A stretch of 64,000 bases of DNA from Hamiltosporidium tvaerminnensis FI-OER-3-3. Its lineage: Eukaryota > Fungi > Microsporidia. Positions 1-11,030 of the stretch are shown here, piece by piece. The notes beneath the pieces were generated by a model. It saw only the letters and a list, made by a program, of their open reading frames with translations. It had not been told where the DNA came from and did no database searches. The position numbers and the translations under genes are program-made. Positions within the stretch are counted from its first letter, which is position 1, and the number at the start of each line of letters is the position of its first letter. The stretch is from positions 1,426,001 to 1,490,000 of the forward strand of contig JAKIMF020000001.1 in assembly GCA_022605425.2 (NCBI GenBank), in the 5' to 3' direction.

Positions 1-49
1 CGTAAAATAAAAGCATTGAAGAAAAGAAAAAGAAGTAATAGAATCAAAA

Positions 50-440
50 TTTCAAATAAGATTATTCTGTGTTGTATGTTGTTTAGATGCAATTTCCATA
101 ATTTTTGATATGCATTTTAAATTTACAAACATTAATTGAAACAAAAAAGCAAAATTTTAACTTAAAAAAAGAACATAAATTTTACTCAAAATTAAACATC
201 CTCACTTTTTTATACAAAAAAATGCTCAAGAAAGGATCGGATAAAAAATATTGGAAAGGAAACTAAAATCAGAAGATGTATAGGAATAGCAGGGATAAAT
301 GCGGTATAAGGGTATAGGAATAAAAGAGCTATATAAAAAATAAAGGGTAATATGAACTATAAAAAATATATAGAAAATAATCCGGGTTCTATTGGACATA
401 GGAGGGAAAGGCTATTGGCGCGTGAAATTTACTTTAAACA
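50..440 (+). repeat. Dispersed repeat family X, copy 1 (unidentified, possibly decayed coding sequence)
   Basis: Aligns by eye with the reverse complement of ~62010-62400, e.g. AAGGAAACTAAAAT(C/A)AGAAGATGTATAGGAATA and GGGTTCTATTGGA(C/T)AT. Confidence 0.75.
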
Positions 441-604
441 TGTTGGCCATGAAGAAACCATATAAATAAGAATTAAAATACAGTAAAAAAAAGTTAAAAG
501 ACTTCTTTTACTTTTTATTTGAGTCAAAGTTTTTTTGAAGAAGACCACTTATCTAAAAGATAAATAACTTGAAAAACAATTTGCTTTTTGTTCATTATGA
601 TTAA

Positions 605-680
605 TTCGCTGGTGGAAGGGGAATAACCAGATTAAAAAACATCTGCTTGTCAATGAATGTTTAGAATTGTTTTTAAATTC
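605..680 (-). repeat. Partial copy of the terminus of repeat family Y
   Basis: GGTGGAAGGGGAATAACCAGATTAAAAAACATCTGCTTGTCAATGA matches 1300-1340 and the reverse complement of ~35330-35377 and ~59755-59780. Confidence 0.6.
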
Positions 681-999
681 ATAGTTTACAATTTAATGGA
701 ATATAAACTACACTGGATATATAAACCAACCTCCTATAATTTTGAGTTACAACAGATTACAAGAAACAAATGAGAAACTTCGAATTCCTAATCCTCGACA
801 TTGAGAGGCAAGAGAGGAACGAGATAAATAAGTAGATTAATCACATTTAGCCTGGTTTTATATGATTTATATTGCATATGCTTTGGTAGTGCTTTTCAGA
901 GTAACAGCGACTAATTTTGAAATTTTTAAATTTATATGACGTTTTTTTTCATAAAAGCTTTCACGGTTTTAATTTAATAGATTTCTGAGTTAGAAAGTT

Positions 1000-1140
1000 T
1001 TTATCATTTTTTTATGCATTTTCTTCTACCTCTATATTATCAACACCGTTTCTTCTTCCAAATCCGACTCTTCATTTCTGTTTATGTCGGTTCCTCCTTG
1101 TGAAATAAGGTGTGTATTTTTTGGTTTTAAAGGCTTTCAC
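1000..1140 (-). mobile_element. 3' fragment of R4-like non-LTR retrotransposon
   Basis: TCTTCTTCCAAATCCGACTCTTCATTT and GGTTCCTCCTTGTGAAATAA are shared with the 3' ends at 41430-41500 and 45960-46035. Confidence 0.8.
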
Positions 1141-1294
1141 ATAAAATCAAATAAAATTAAAAAAATGTTATCAACTCTTGCATTTCAATTTTTTAGATTT
1201 TTTTATGCATTCAATTTTATTTTAATAATAAACTTTTAATAAATTTAATTGCATTTTGTTTAATTTAAAATAACTTTGTTTCAAAAGAATTGTA

Positions 1295-1960
1295 GCAGAA
1301 ATATAACCAGATTAAAACTACCTGCTTAGCAATGAGAATGTAAATTTATGAAGATCATTGTTTAGATTTTTGGTGGGAATAAAACCAGCTTATATTTTCG
1401 GTTGTTCGATAGAGTTTTACGAGAAGAAAAAAGTCAACGAAAACGCAAAACTTTTTATACAGATATATTTTATAGTTTTTTATCTAAAAAGATCTGAGAC
1501 CGCAGCCGAACTCGTAGGTAATCGCGATGTAAATTGATCTAAATACAGCCCTGCTCAATAATCAGGTTAGAATATTTAGCGCCTGGGAAAAAATAAAAAT
1601 AAAACCATTTAAATCCGGGAAATCCAAGTGCGGATTATACACGTTTGTATGATCTTGTGCAATTGAGGTATACGCATGTAAGTCGCCTAAATATATCTTA
1701 GCTAAATTTTCTAGGATCAGCGAATGTAAAGTAAGTGGGAAAGCTGTATACCCCAGAGGAGCAAAAAGTGGATTTAATCTATGATCACACACCATGCAAC
1801 AGATACTAAAAAACTCCAAATAACTTCATCATTTGATTTTTGGGTTCTAAAAACTTTTCAGATGAAAGAGTTTGGGATGTAGGTATCATAGGGGATCTCG
1901 ATGGAGTGTCATGATAGCAGTTATTTATGTTAAATCTAGAACTTCGTTAATGCCGTGAAA
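1295..1960 (-). repeat. Dispersed repeat family Y, copy A (decayed coding-like sequence with CxxC)
   Basis: Reverse complement aligns with 34705-35377 (ACACTCCATCG..GATACCTACATC, TTCCCACTTACT, CAGGCGCTAA, GAACAACCGAA) and more distantly with 59140-59780. Confidence 0.8.
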
Positions 1961-2789
1961 ACAATATAACACTTGCTTCAGTTTAAAAAGATGCGATATT
2001 TTTAAATAAAGAGATTTAGAATAAAATATATAAGACATGATATAAAAAAATGCAAACCATCAGGATGAAATATGAGAAATGAATGGTTTGGACACGAAAT
2101 CTCTCCGATAATATCAAAATTTTAATTAATTTAATTTTTATATTTAAATTTGGGATTATTAATAATAAAAAGGCTACAAAAATTTGTAAGGAACATCATT
2201 TTACTTACAAATCTATCATTTATTCCTTTAAAATAATTCAAAAGAATGTTATTTTTGTTTAGATTATATATTTTGCTAAACTTTTAATAATTTTTAAACA
2301 ATGCTAAGCTTACTGCTCGCTGTTTTTTTAAATTATTTACTCCTTTCCCGGTTTGTTTCATTAGTCATTTATATTTGACGTTTTTGATATTTTGAATCAA
2401 TATTATGATTTCGGTCTTATTTTTTCACAAAACTTAAAGGTTAAATAATTTTGGTATTTGTTTTTAAATATCTTATTTCTTCATTCACTCAAATTTGTAG
2501 CGAGGTTATGAGTCTTTCATGCTCTGTGGAATATTTATTACATTTTAGTATGTGGTTATCCTGCTATCATCGGAATTTGATTTTGACTTCAATTTACTCG
2601 TATATCAAAAGAAATGGTTTCGACTGTCTTTTTAAGTACTATTCACTGAATATATGCTTCAATTTTTACTAGTATTTGGAGCATCCCAAGCTAGATTTTA
2701 TGTTAGAGAAATGATTGGGGTAAAAAAGAAATTATATTTTATTTCTGATAAAGAAAAAAATGATGCGACGATAAAAAAATATTTTTTAA

Positions 2790-2793
2790 CCCC
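2790..2793 (+). promoter_or_regulatory. Microsporidian CCC-like motif before ATG (also at 22282-22287 (-), 26748-26750 as GGG, 30861-30863 (-), 32529-32531, 34234-34237 (-), 53071-53074 (-), 53135-53137, 55424-55426)
   Basis: C3-C6 (or G3) run within ~1-13 nt of the start codon, after an AT-rich tract, at nine host genes; this motif is established for microsporidian genes. Confidence 0.75.
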
Positions 2794-2799
2794 TCTATT

Positions 2800-5700
2800 A
2801 TGGCCACCAATAAGTCATTGTTGAATAACAAGACGACAGATGCAATAAATGAATTTCTTAAGAATTTCGATACAACACATTTATGGTGTAGTTCAAGAGA
2901 TAGAAGTATAAAAATCATTAGGAATTTGGTTTTATATCCAAATATTTGTTATAAAACGGAAATACAGAAAAAAATATTTTATAGCTTGGAATCTTGTAAT
3001 GAATGTTTAAAGAACTACTATTCAATAAGAAATGAAATTGTAACTCAAAAGGAAGAAATGATTTTGTTGAATGGAGAAGAAAAACGAATTGAAGCGAATA
3101 TTACAATCAAAAACAATTTTTTTATTGTTTCAGAAATTTATAGATATAACTGGAAAATGCTTAAAAATAAAAAGATTCTTGCGTGGTTCCAAGGCGCAAT
3201 CGCGAATTTCTTTATTAGAGGAAGCAAAGAATTTAAAACACTTAAATTCCCTTTTATTTTAATATTTTTATCTGAAAACAAGATTTTACTAGATTGTGCA
3301 ATTAATAATTTGTTGTCGGTTTATTTAGAATCTTCATGTTATCTTTGTACAGATCTCGAACAATGGAATTACCTTTTAGAGTTCCGTAATTCATCATACA
3401 TTCTTGTTGATAATGAAACACCATTAAAATCAATAAATGAAAAGTCTTGGCTTATGGCACTTTTCGTTTACGTAGGAATCGAAGGAACATTTATAAATGA
3501 AGATATTGTCAAACCATTGATATCAATATACAAAGAAACAGATGCAAAAGAAATAAGAATTTTGATTTTTAAAATAGTTTATATCTGTATAAGAAGAAAT
3601 CCAAGTTGGTTACCGCATTTTGTGTTTATTTTAAGCACAATAGATTGTTATAAATATTTTTTGACGAAGGTAAACATTACTTTGATCTATGATCATTACA
3701 TTTTCTGGGCACCTATAAATTTCTTTATAAATTCATATGATTTATATTGTAAAATATATTTAGAAAACAAATATTTTGAATTTTTGGCAGAACTAACTAA
3801 CGATTTAAACAAAAGAGAAGTTTTTAAAGTTATACTTGGCAATTTTAAATTTACACAAAATTATTTAAAATTTTTAACAAATTTTCCTTTCTATGAAGAA
3901 CTTATTATGATTCTATTGAGAAGTAAAGATCCTAGATTTGAATCACTTTTAAATATCGAACCAAAATTTATAGATTTTATGGTTACAAAAACGTTTTTTT
4001 ATATTTTTAAACTTCCTAAAATTAATTTAGAAATGCAAGAAAATTTATCCGTTATACTTCAAAAATGGAAAAATATTTTTATATTTTCTGAAAAAATCTT
4101 GTTGGAACTTCATGAAGAAAAAACACTAGAAGAGTGTGATAAGCCTGCTGTAGAAAACGAGTCTAAAGTATCTTTCACTACGGCATACAAGTATTTGGAA
4201 TTTTCTAAACTCAATGGTTTTTACAATATATTTTTCTTCGACATAGAAAGCTACATGCGTAAAAATAATTTTCCTGTTTCATTGATTGAAACATATTGTA
4301 AATTGAGAGATCTTTTTAAACTTATATTCATTAAAATGCAAAAGGGTGATATTAAGACAATGACTAACGAACAAATAGTATATCACTCGGTTTTTAAATG
4401 TAATACTTTAACTTCTAAACAGAAAAATAAATTTAAGATTAAAATTTCTGAAATAACTCCAATGCTTCTTTCTGATATTCTTGAAAAAATATTTATTTTT
4501 AATCAGAGATATAATGAATTTCCTATTTATACACTTCAGATATTGTCATTTGTCAGACAATGCTCATATTTCAATGTAGATATACTAAAGAAAATATTTG
4601 CTATGATTAAAACGGGATTTTCTTATTGGCAAATATTATATCTTCTGGAATATATTACAGTACAGATGAGATTTAAACCAGAGGATGATTTGGCTTATTT
4701 GTGTAATTTTGAATGGCTTGAGTGCTTGACAAAGGCAAAATTCAAAAAATATAATATAAGAGTATTTGTAATATTAGAAAATATTTTGTCAGTTTTAAGT
4801 AATTTAAATATTTCAGTATACAATGTTAATTTGAGTAAAATATGTAAATGTTACGTGTTTTTCAAACTAATTCCCAATTCTTCAGTGATTAAATATGTGG
4901 AAAAGATTTCTAAAAATTTGAATTGTGATAATCCATTGATTAATCTTAAAGAATTTGAGTTACAGGATTGTCAAAAAGATGATGAAATGAATAGCCCGAA
5001 AAGGGTTGATATATCTGGATCTGAGTGTGAGATAATTGTTGAAAAGAAAAAACCAATTAAAGTGAAAAAGAATTTCGACAAAATATTTGAGGAACCATCT
5101 GAAGATGGTATATCGATTATAGAAAAGAACGAATCGATAGAAGAGAAACTCGATACTGATAAAATATCTAAGGAACCTTCCGAAAATGGTATATTAATTC
5201 CAGAAAGCAAGGAAACATTAAAAGAGAAAGAAAATAACGATAAAATATCCAAAGAACCTTCTGATGAAGATAGATCTACTTTCGAAACTGAAATGGAAAT
5301 TCCAAGATCAGAAATGAAAATTTCAAATTTACCTTTATTTTCTGAAAGTTCTTTTGCTGAAAAAAATTCAAATAATGAAGAAAAAATTGATGATGAAAAT
5401 AAAAAAAGTGAAAAAAAAATGATTAACCAGGAAAATGAGTCGTTTAAGAATTTTAAGTCATTAGTGAGTGATGAAAATCAAAATTATTGTATCAAGAACA
5501 ACAAAGAAGTTGGTGATGGTAATAAAATTTTAGAAGTGAATTCTGCACAAATATTTTTTAATATGAAAAAAGAAGCCATTGGAAATCGTAGCAAAACAAA
5601 TGTATTTTTTACATCGTTTGGTACTCAAAATATTGCACATGAAGCCAATGAAACAATCATTTTGGATTCTAAGGAATTGATAAACGGAATTAAAAAACCG

Positions 5701-5895
5701 GTTGAATTAATGAATGAAGACATCACAGATAATATAATTGAACAAGATACAAGTGCCGATGCAGTTTGTACGGAAATACAAGAACTACCGGAACTGGAAT
5801 TACCACATTCCCCTAAAAGACTAAAATCAAAAATAGATTATAATTTTGAAACGACAGAAAGTCTAAATACTGATGTTAACCAAGATATAAAGTAA
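2800..5895 (+). CDS. SEN1: Sen1/senataxin N-terminal portion (helical N-domain plus acidic low-complexity linker)
   Basis: 1031 aa; N-terminal HLWC...LESCNECLKNYY resembles the SEN1_N HWxC...LxxCxxC motif; sits directly upstream of the helicase ORF; CCC motif before ATG. Confidence 0.6.
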   Translation: MATNKSLLNNKTTDAINEFLKNFDTTHLWCSSRDRSIKIIRNLVLYPNICYKTEIQKKIFYSLESCNECLKNYYSIRNEIVTQKEEMILLNGEEKRIEANITIKNNFFIVSEIYRYNWKMLKNKKILAWFQGAIANFFIRGSKEFKTLKFPFILIFLSENKILLDCAINNLLSVYLESSCYLCTDLEQWNYLLEFRNSSYILVDNETPLKSINEKSWLMALFVYVGIEGTFINEDIVKPLISIYKETDAKEIRILIFKIVYICIRRNPSWLPHFVFILSTIDCYKYFLTKVNITLIYDHYIFWAPINFFINSYDLYCKIYLENKYFEFLAELTNDLNKREVFKVILGNFKFTQNYLKFLTNFPFYEELIMILLRSKDPRFESLLNIEPKFIDFMVTKTFFYIFKLPKINLEMQENLSVILQKWKNIFIFSEKILLELHEEKTLEECDKPAVENESKVSFTTAYKYLEFSKLNGFYNIFFFDIESYMRKNNFPVSLIETYCKLRDLFKLIFIKMQKGDIKTMTNEQIVYHSVFKCNTLTSKQKNKFKIKISEITPMLLSDILEKIFIFNQRYNEFPIYTLQILSFVRQCSYFNVDILKKIFAMIKTGFSYWQILYLLEYITVQMRFKPEDDLAYLCNFEWLECLTKAKFKKYNIRVFVILENILSVLSNLNISVYNVNLSKICKCYVFFKLIPNSSVIKYVEKISKNLNCDNPLINLKEFELQDCQKDDEMNSPKRVDISGSECEIIVEKKKPIKVKKNFDKIFEEPSEDGISIIEKNESIEEKLDTDKISKEPSENGILIPESKETLKEKENNDKISKEPSDEDRSTFETEMEIPRSEMKISNLPLFSESSFAEKNSNNEEKIDDENKKSEKKMINQENESFKNFKSLVSDENQNYCIKNNKEVGDGNKILEVNSAQIFFNMKKEAIGNRSKTNVFFTSFGTQNIAHEANETIILDSKELINGIKKPVELMNEDITDNIIEQDTSADAVCTEIQELPELELPHSPKRLKSKIDYNFETTESLNTDVNQDIK
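5077..5280 (+). repeat. 81-bp (27-aa) coding tandem repeat, ~2.5 copies
   Basis: DKIFEEPSEDG / DKISKEPSENG / DKISKEPSDED start at 5077, 5158 and 5239. Confidence 0.85.
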
Positions 5896-5908
5896 AACCT
5901 CGCTACCG

Positions 5909-8266
5909 ATGAGTTCAATAGAATTTGAAAACCAACCATTAAATAATGATATTGACATAAAAGAGCAAATTTTGGAGGTAAGAAGTACTGATTCGATCGA
6001 GAATGAAAACATTCAAGGTAATAATATTTTGGAGCAAAAACCAGAAGAGAAAAATTATCTTCTTGAAATTGAAGAGATAAATGATTTGACGGAATTATCT
6101 TCTATTTCTGATGAATTTCGAATTGTTAAAATCAAACAAAATGGAATAACCAAAGAAGTTTTTCAAAATGTAAATCCGAGTAAAAATCTTCAAAATTTTA
6201 CTGAAGAAAAAAAAGTCACTCATAGAACTACAATTGTTACACCCGAATCCTCTGCATTTTCTTTGTATGAAAAAAGTATGAAAACTAGTAATTTAATACA
6301 AGTAAATACAGGTGTTTCTAATAGTATTAACAAAGATGGTTATACATTTGATGCCTCGTTTTTTATAAAAAGAGTTCTTTCTTTTGAATCGATAACTTCC
6401 GGATCTCTGTATAAGAATTTCTATATTCCTGCCACATTTAATTCGTATAAAGAATATTTTAATATTTTTAAACCTTTCATTTTTGAAGAGGCAAAAGCGT
6501 TAATTGAAAAAGGAATAGAAGAATCTTCTACGGAAAAGAAAATCTTTATTTTGGAAGAGTTAGCACATATAAATGAAAATGCAGATTTATTTCTTATTTC
6601 AGAAATAAATCCTAATTTTCAAGAATTCGATTTTGTATCGATTGAACCAGAAAAAAATCATTTAAATGAAATTCCCATTTCTTATTTTTATGGTGTCGTA
6701 CTTTCGATTAAACCGGTAAAATCCAGTTTTTATGTTCAAGTCAGAATTTTTGGATTGAACACAAAATTTTTAAAGAAAAAGATTTCACTTACATTGAAAT
6801 ACATATGTGGTCTTTCCACTGTGTTTAGAGAATACAATTCACTTTTCTATTTCAAAAACTCCTCTCTTTCTGATTTCATTTTAGCACCCAATTTGATTCC
6901 TCTTCGAAATCTAAAAGTTAAATATACAGCAGCAGAAGTTGCACGTAATTTTGAATTAAATTACTCACAAGCTCAATCTTTACTAGCATGTTTTAACAGT
7001 ACATCTCCATTTACTCTCATACAAGGACCTCCCGGAACAGGAAAAACTAAAACGATTGTTGCAATTGTTGCGGCTTTTTTAAATTCTGATTTTTATATCA
7101 AAAAATTTACTAAGCCTAGAATTTTAGTATGTGCACCTAGTAATGTGGCCGTAGATGAACTTACGCGTAGAATTCACAAAGAAGTACCAAGATTGTCCAA
7201 AAAAAATGACATATTGATCCTTAGAAGCGGTGTTATGGTACAACAGGCAGAAGACATGATTCCATTTACATTAGACTTTTTAATTGAAAAAGCTGATATT
7301 AATTTTTCAAACTCTACGGATATTTCAGTTAATTTTATGGATAAAAAAAAGAAAAGAAATTATATTTTACAGAATTGTGATATAATCTGTACAACATTGA
7401 GTAGTTCTTGTTCTGATTTAATGGTCTCAAATAGTTTGGATTTTGATGTCGTAATAATAGACGAGGCATGCCAAGCAGTTGAAACAAGTACACTTATTCC
7501 TTTCAAATACAGTCCTGATAAGGTAGTATTGGTTGGTGATTATAAACAACTTCCACCTACAATTATTTCAAATTTACTTCCTTTTGAAAAAACATTGTTT
7601 GACAGACTCAGTAAATATTTACCAGTAAATCTTTTAAGAATGCAATACCGAATGAACCCATTGATATCAAAATTTGCAAATAGTTATTTCTATGATAATA
7701 ACATAAAAAACCATCCATCGGTGATTTCCCGAAAAGATTTGTATTCAAAATTTTGTAAGCCAATTAATTTTATAAATAGTTTTGGGACAGAAATATTTGA
7801 CAAAGCATTTAGTTTTTTAAATGAAAACGAAGCAGAATCTGTTGTAAGATTGATTTCGAAATTTTTATTTGTTTTTTCAGGTGAAAATTTAAATGGAAGG
7901 ATTGGTGTTATTACTTTTTATAAATCTCAATCCAAATTGATCAAAAAAAAGCTTTTGAAATTAGGAAAGCCAGAAATTTTAAAAATTGTCGAAGTAAATA
8001 CAGTAGATGCATTTCAAGGACAAGAAAAGGATGTAATAATAGTTTCCTGTGTTCGAACCAGAGGCTTGGGATTTATATCTGATCAAAGAAGAATAAATGT
8101 AGCACTTACACGTGCAAAACATGCTCTATTTATTTTCGGGGAATCAAAATGCTTAGAAAAGAGTCCTTGTTGGAAAGCTGTTGTTTCTTTCTATAAAAAA
8201 AGCAGTAGGTTTTATATAAATAGTAAATCTTTTTTCAAAACAGGGATTATTTGTAAGAAAAATTGA
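5909..8266 (+). CDS. SEN1: Sen1/Upf1-like SF1B helicase domain (Sen1 C-terminal half)
   Basis: GPPGTGKT, CAPSNVAVDE, IIDEACQ, GDYKQLPP, QYRM, TVDAFQGQEKD, RRINVALTRAK; the upstream IPATFNSYKEYFNIFKPFIFEE block is Sen1-typical. Confidence 0.88.
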   Translation: MSSIEFENQPLNNDIDIKEQILEVRSTDSIENENIQGNNILEQKPEEKNYLLEIEEINDLTELSSISDEFRIVKIKQNGITKEVFQNVNPSKNLQNFTEEKKVTHRTTIVTPESSAFSLYEKSMKTSNLIQVNTGVSNSINKDGYTFDASFFIKRVLSFESITSGSLYKNFYIPATFNSYKEYFNIFKPFIFEEAKALIEKGIEESSTEKKIFILEELAHINENADLFLISEINPNFQEFDFVSIEPEKNHLNEIPISYFYGVVLSIKPVKSSFYVQVRIFGLNTKFLKKKISLTLKYICGLSTVFREYNSLFYFKNSSLSDFILAPNLIPLRNLKVKYTAAEVARNFELNYSQAQSLLACFNSTSPFTLIQGPPGTGKTKTIVAIVAAFLNSDFYIKKFTKPRILVCAPSNVAVDELTRRIHKEVPRLSKKNDILILRSGVMVQQAEDMIPFTLDFLIEKADINFSNSTDISVNFMDKKKKRNYILQNCDIICTTLSSSCSDLMVSNSLDFDVVIIDEACQAVETSTLIPFKYSPDKVVLVGDYKQLPPTIISNLLPFEKTLFDRLSKYLPVNLLRMQYRMNPLISKFANSYFYDNNIKNHPSVISRKDLYSKFCKPINFINSFGTEIFDKAFSFLNENEAESVVRLISKFLFVFSGENLNGRIGVITFYKSQSKLIKKKLLKLGKPEILKIVEVNTVDAFQGQEKDVIIVSCVRTRGLGFISDQRRINVALTRAKHALFIFGESKCLEKSPCWKAVVSFYKKSSRFYINSKSFFKTGIICKKN

Positions 8267-8579
8267 TTATTTTTTTATTACTAGAAAGAAAGTATTTAAA
8301 ATATTAAATTTACAAAAAATAAGAATTTTAGACTATTTTATTTTTTACATTTTAAATTGAAAAAGTAAGAAATAGAATTACGTAAAACTTTTTAGCTGTT
8401 TTATTTTATTGTTAATATTTCTGTGTTAAGTGAAAAAATAGAGAATACAAAATTTCAATAAATATATACTTTATTTAATACAATACTATCTTATCATATT
8501 TTTTTATTCTATTTCTTTCATGTTACAACTGAATTTATTCTGTATTTTGGAGAATAGGTTAGTTTTTGACGTTTCATAA

Positions 8580-9050
8580 TAATTCAACGTTACTTTGCTT
8601 ATCCTTTTTTCTTCGTTTGTGTTTGTAGTATTGTTATGAGTTTTTTGTGGGTTTTTCTTTTCTTTTACATTCTCGTAAATATTTATAGAACTCTCTCCAA
8701 TATATTTCTTGGCCTGTATCTTCTTCGGTATAAGAAACTACAGGTTTCATTTCTTTTCGAATGGCATTGATAAAACGTCTGGCTTTGTTTATATCGGTAG
8801 TTTGAGATACACAATATAATATTTGGTTATAATACAAATTATAAATTTGTCACACAATGTATCTATCTCAGCATTAAAAGCATAATAAGACATAAATATT
8901 AGCCACTAAATCATAGTTTCTTTGATTTTCTAGTTCTATAACCTGGTGCATATTTTTGAAAATAAGTAATATTTGGTAAACCAGTTCTAACGCGTTAATT
9001 GCTTTGAGGACTCATCCGTGATAAACGATGGCGCCATGTAGTAGGCTTGA
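8580..9050 (-). pseudogene. Fragment of unknown protein-coding sequence
   Basis: 67-aa protein-like stretch (8634-8837) without its own ATG or CCC motif, with frame breaks upstream. Confidence 0.3.
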
Positions 9051-10689
9051 TTATTTACAAGAAAAAAATCTGTAGTTTGAGAATATAAAATTAGTTTAAA
9101 CCTTCTGAATACATTTTAAACGAATTTATATTTTCTTGAACACTAAAATACTCACATGCTTCTATTAGACTGGTATGATCTAATTCTTAAGCAATATAAG
9201 GAAAAATAAATTATATTAGTAGTTTTAATTATTATTTAAAACTTATAATTTTTTATCTCACTTTTTTTTATTACGAATTTGGAATATTATTGGATAATTT
9301 TTACATTAAATCAATAACATATGAAAAAACTTAAGAATGTACAATGCGGTAAGCTTTCGTTTTTTTAAAACTAAAAGTGTAAATTAACGCAGAGGTTTTG
9401 AGGTGTATTAGAAATCTTTGTTATTGCCATTGTTGACGCTGTCTCTTTAATTCAGTAAAGAGTTTTTAGATGATTTAATTGCTATATCGAGAGCTTTCTA
9501 AAACTGCAATGCAGGATTCGTTTCTGGATTCCAATCTTTTTTTCTTGTAGAACTTCATTACTTGTTCTTATGGTACGAGAGAAAGGCTTCATTATGAGTC
9601 TTACGTATCAAAGCTTTTAGTGACCTCGGATCGCTCTTCCGCTGCATCTTTACCTCCATATTTAGCCAGTTCAATCATATTTTTTTCATTCGAAGTCTTA
9701 GAAGAAGTGACATTTTATGTTAATATCATATTGCCTGGATATAATTTTTTGGTTACATAAAAAGGTATGGATGAATACTCTATAAAAAAAACTCTCTATT
9801 TACCAATGTAAATGTGATTTTGGTACAAAAATCATTGCTTGGATTATTATTGAGCAAAAAAAACATATAATATATGAGTCGATCGCTGTTTCGTGAATTA
9901 CAGTATAGTAAAAGAAACAAATACAAAAAAAATTTTGTTTCAAAATCTTTCAATTGACGTGGAAACCGAGCAAAATTCATGGAACATAAAATCAAGACGA
10001 TCGGCAGAAAAAATATAAGAATATGTAAATATTGGAAGGATTTAACTCTTTTAAATCGGCATTCGAAGAAAGAGGAATAACCTCATGTATTATGTACATT
10101 AAACAGTGAAAGAAAACATTACCGTTTAATTTGGTTTTGCTCACTATCTAGAGGCGGAAGGACGAGGAATAAATAAGTAGTTAATGTTTTGCGTAATCTA
10201 AAATAAAGAAAGACCATATTTCTAGGTATTTTCTGTCTGGCCCGATCTCTTTCTCTGTTATTTGTCTAATATGTGTATTAATTCCTCATAGGGTTCGTTT
10301 CCTTGTATTGAACTCGTTGAGGCTTTCTCTTGACTCTTTTCTGACTTTTTATGTATTTAAATTATGTTCTTCAATCAATAAAGTGTTATTATACGGTATA
10401 GTTGTGCACTATTGACTAAAAATATTCTTCTATATTCATGTTCATTACCTTTCACCTAAATATACATATTGGCGTGTTTTATATAATACCTTGCCAGATT
10501 ATCACAAAAGAAATTATTTCAACACAATTTATAAAACAAACTCAACTCAGAGACTTATAAGCCATATTTCGTCGGTTTCCTTGTTCAAACATATGAAGTT
10601 AATTCAGAGAGATTATTACTGCTTCAAAAGAGCAGTATACTTTTTTTCTTGTGCAGAAACCAAAAAATCAGTTATATTCCAAATTTCGT

Positions 10690-11030
10690 CATTAGATTCC
10701 ATTCTTGTTACACTATTTTTTGGGATACTCATTTTAAGATTTTTTTGAGCTGAAGGACTCTTAATTCGTTTTGTAGGCACGAATTTGTACCTATTTAGTA
10801 AAAGTAAATCTAGAAACCCAATATTTTTATTGTCCCGTCTAGCCTAGTTATGTCAAGATATTATGTTAGATCGAGTGTTAAATGTTTAACAGTTTTATTA
10901 GACTAGTTTCAGAACTGAAATATTTCTTCTGCTCTCCAGAATACATTTCTATCATGGGCATAGAAAAATATTCCTTCATCGTTGGGCTTAATATTCTCTT
11001 TCTTTAACCGGCCTGAATAATTACTATCAC
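10690..11030 (-). mobile_element. Highly decayed R4-like retrotransposon fragment (zinc knuckle region)
   Basis: Minus strand reads FYAHDRNVFWRAEE..SNKTVKHL..LLLLNRYKF..KRIKS, matching DRNVFWGAEG..KTVDHL..LLLLNKYKFKSSKRIRS of the intact element. Confidence 0.75.
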
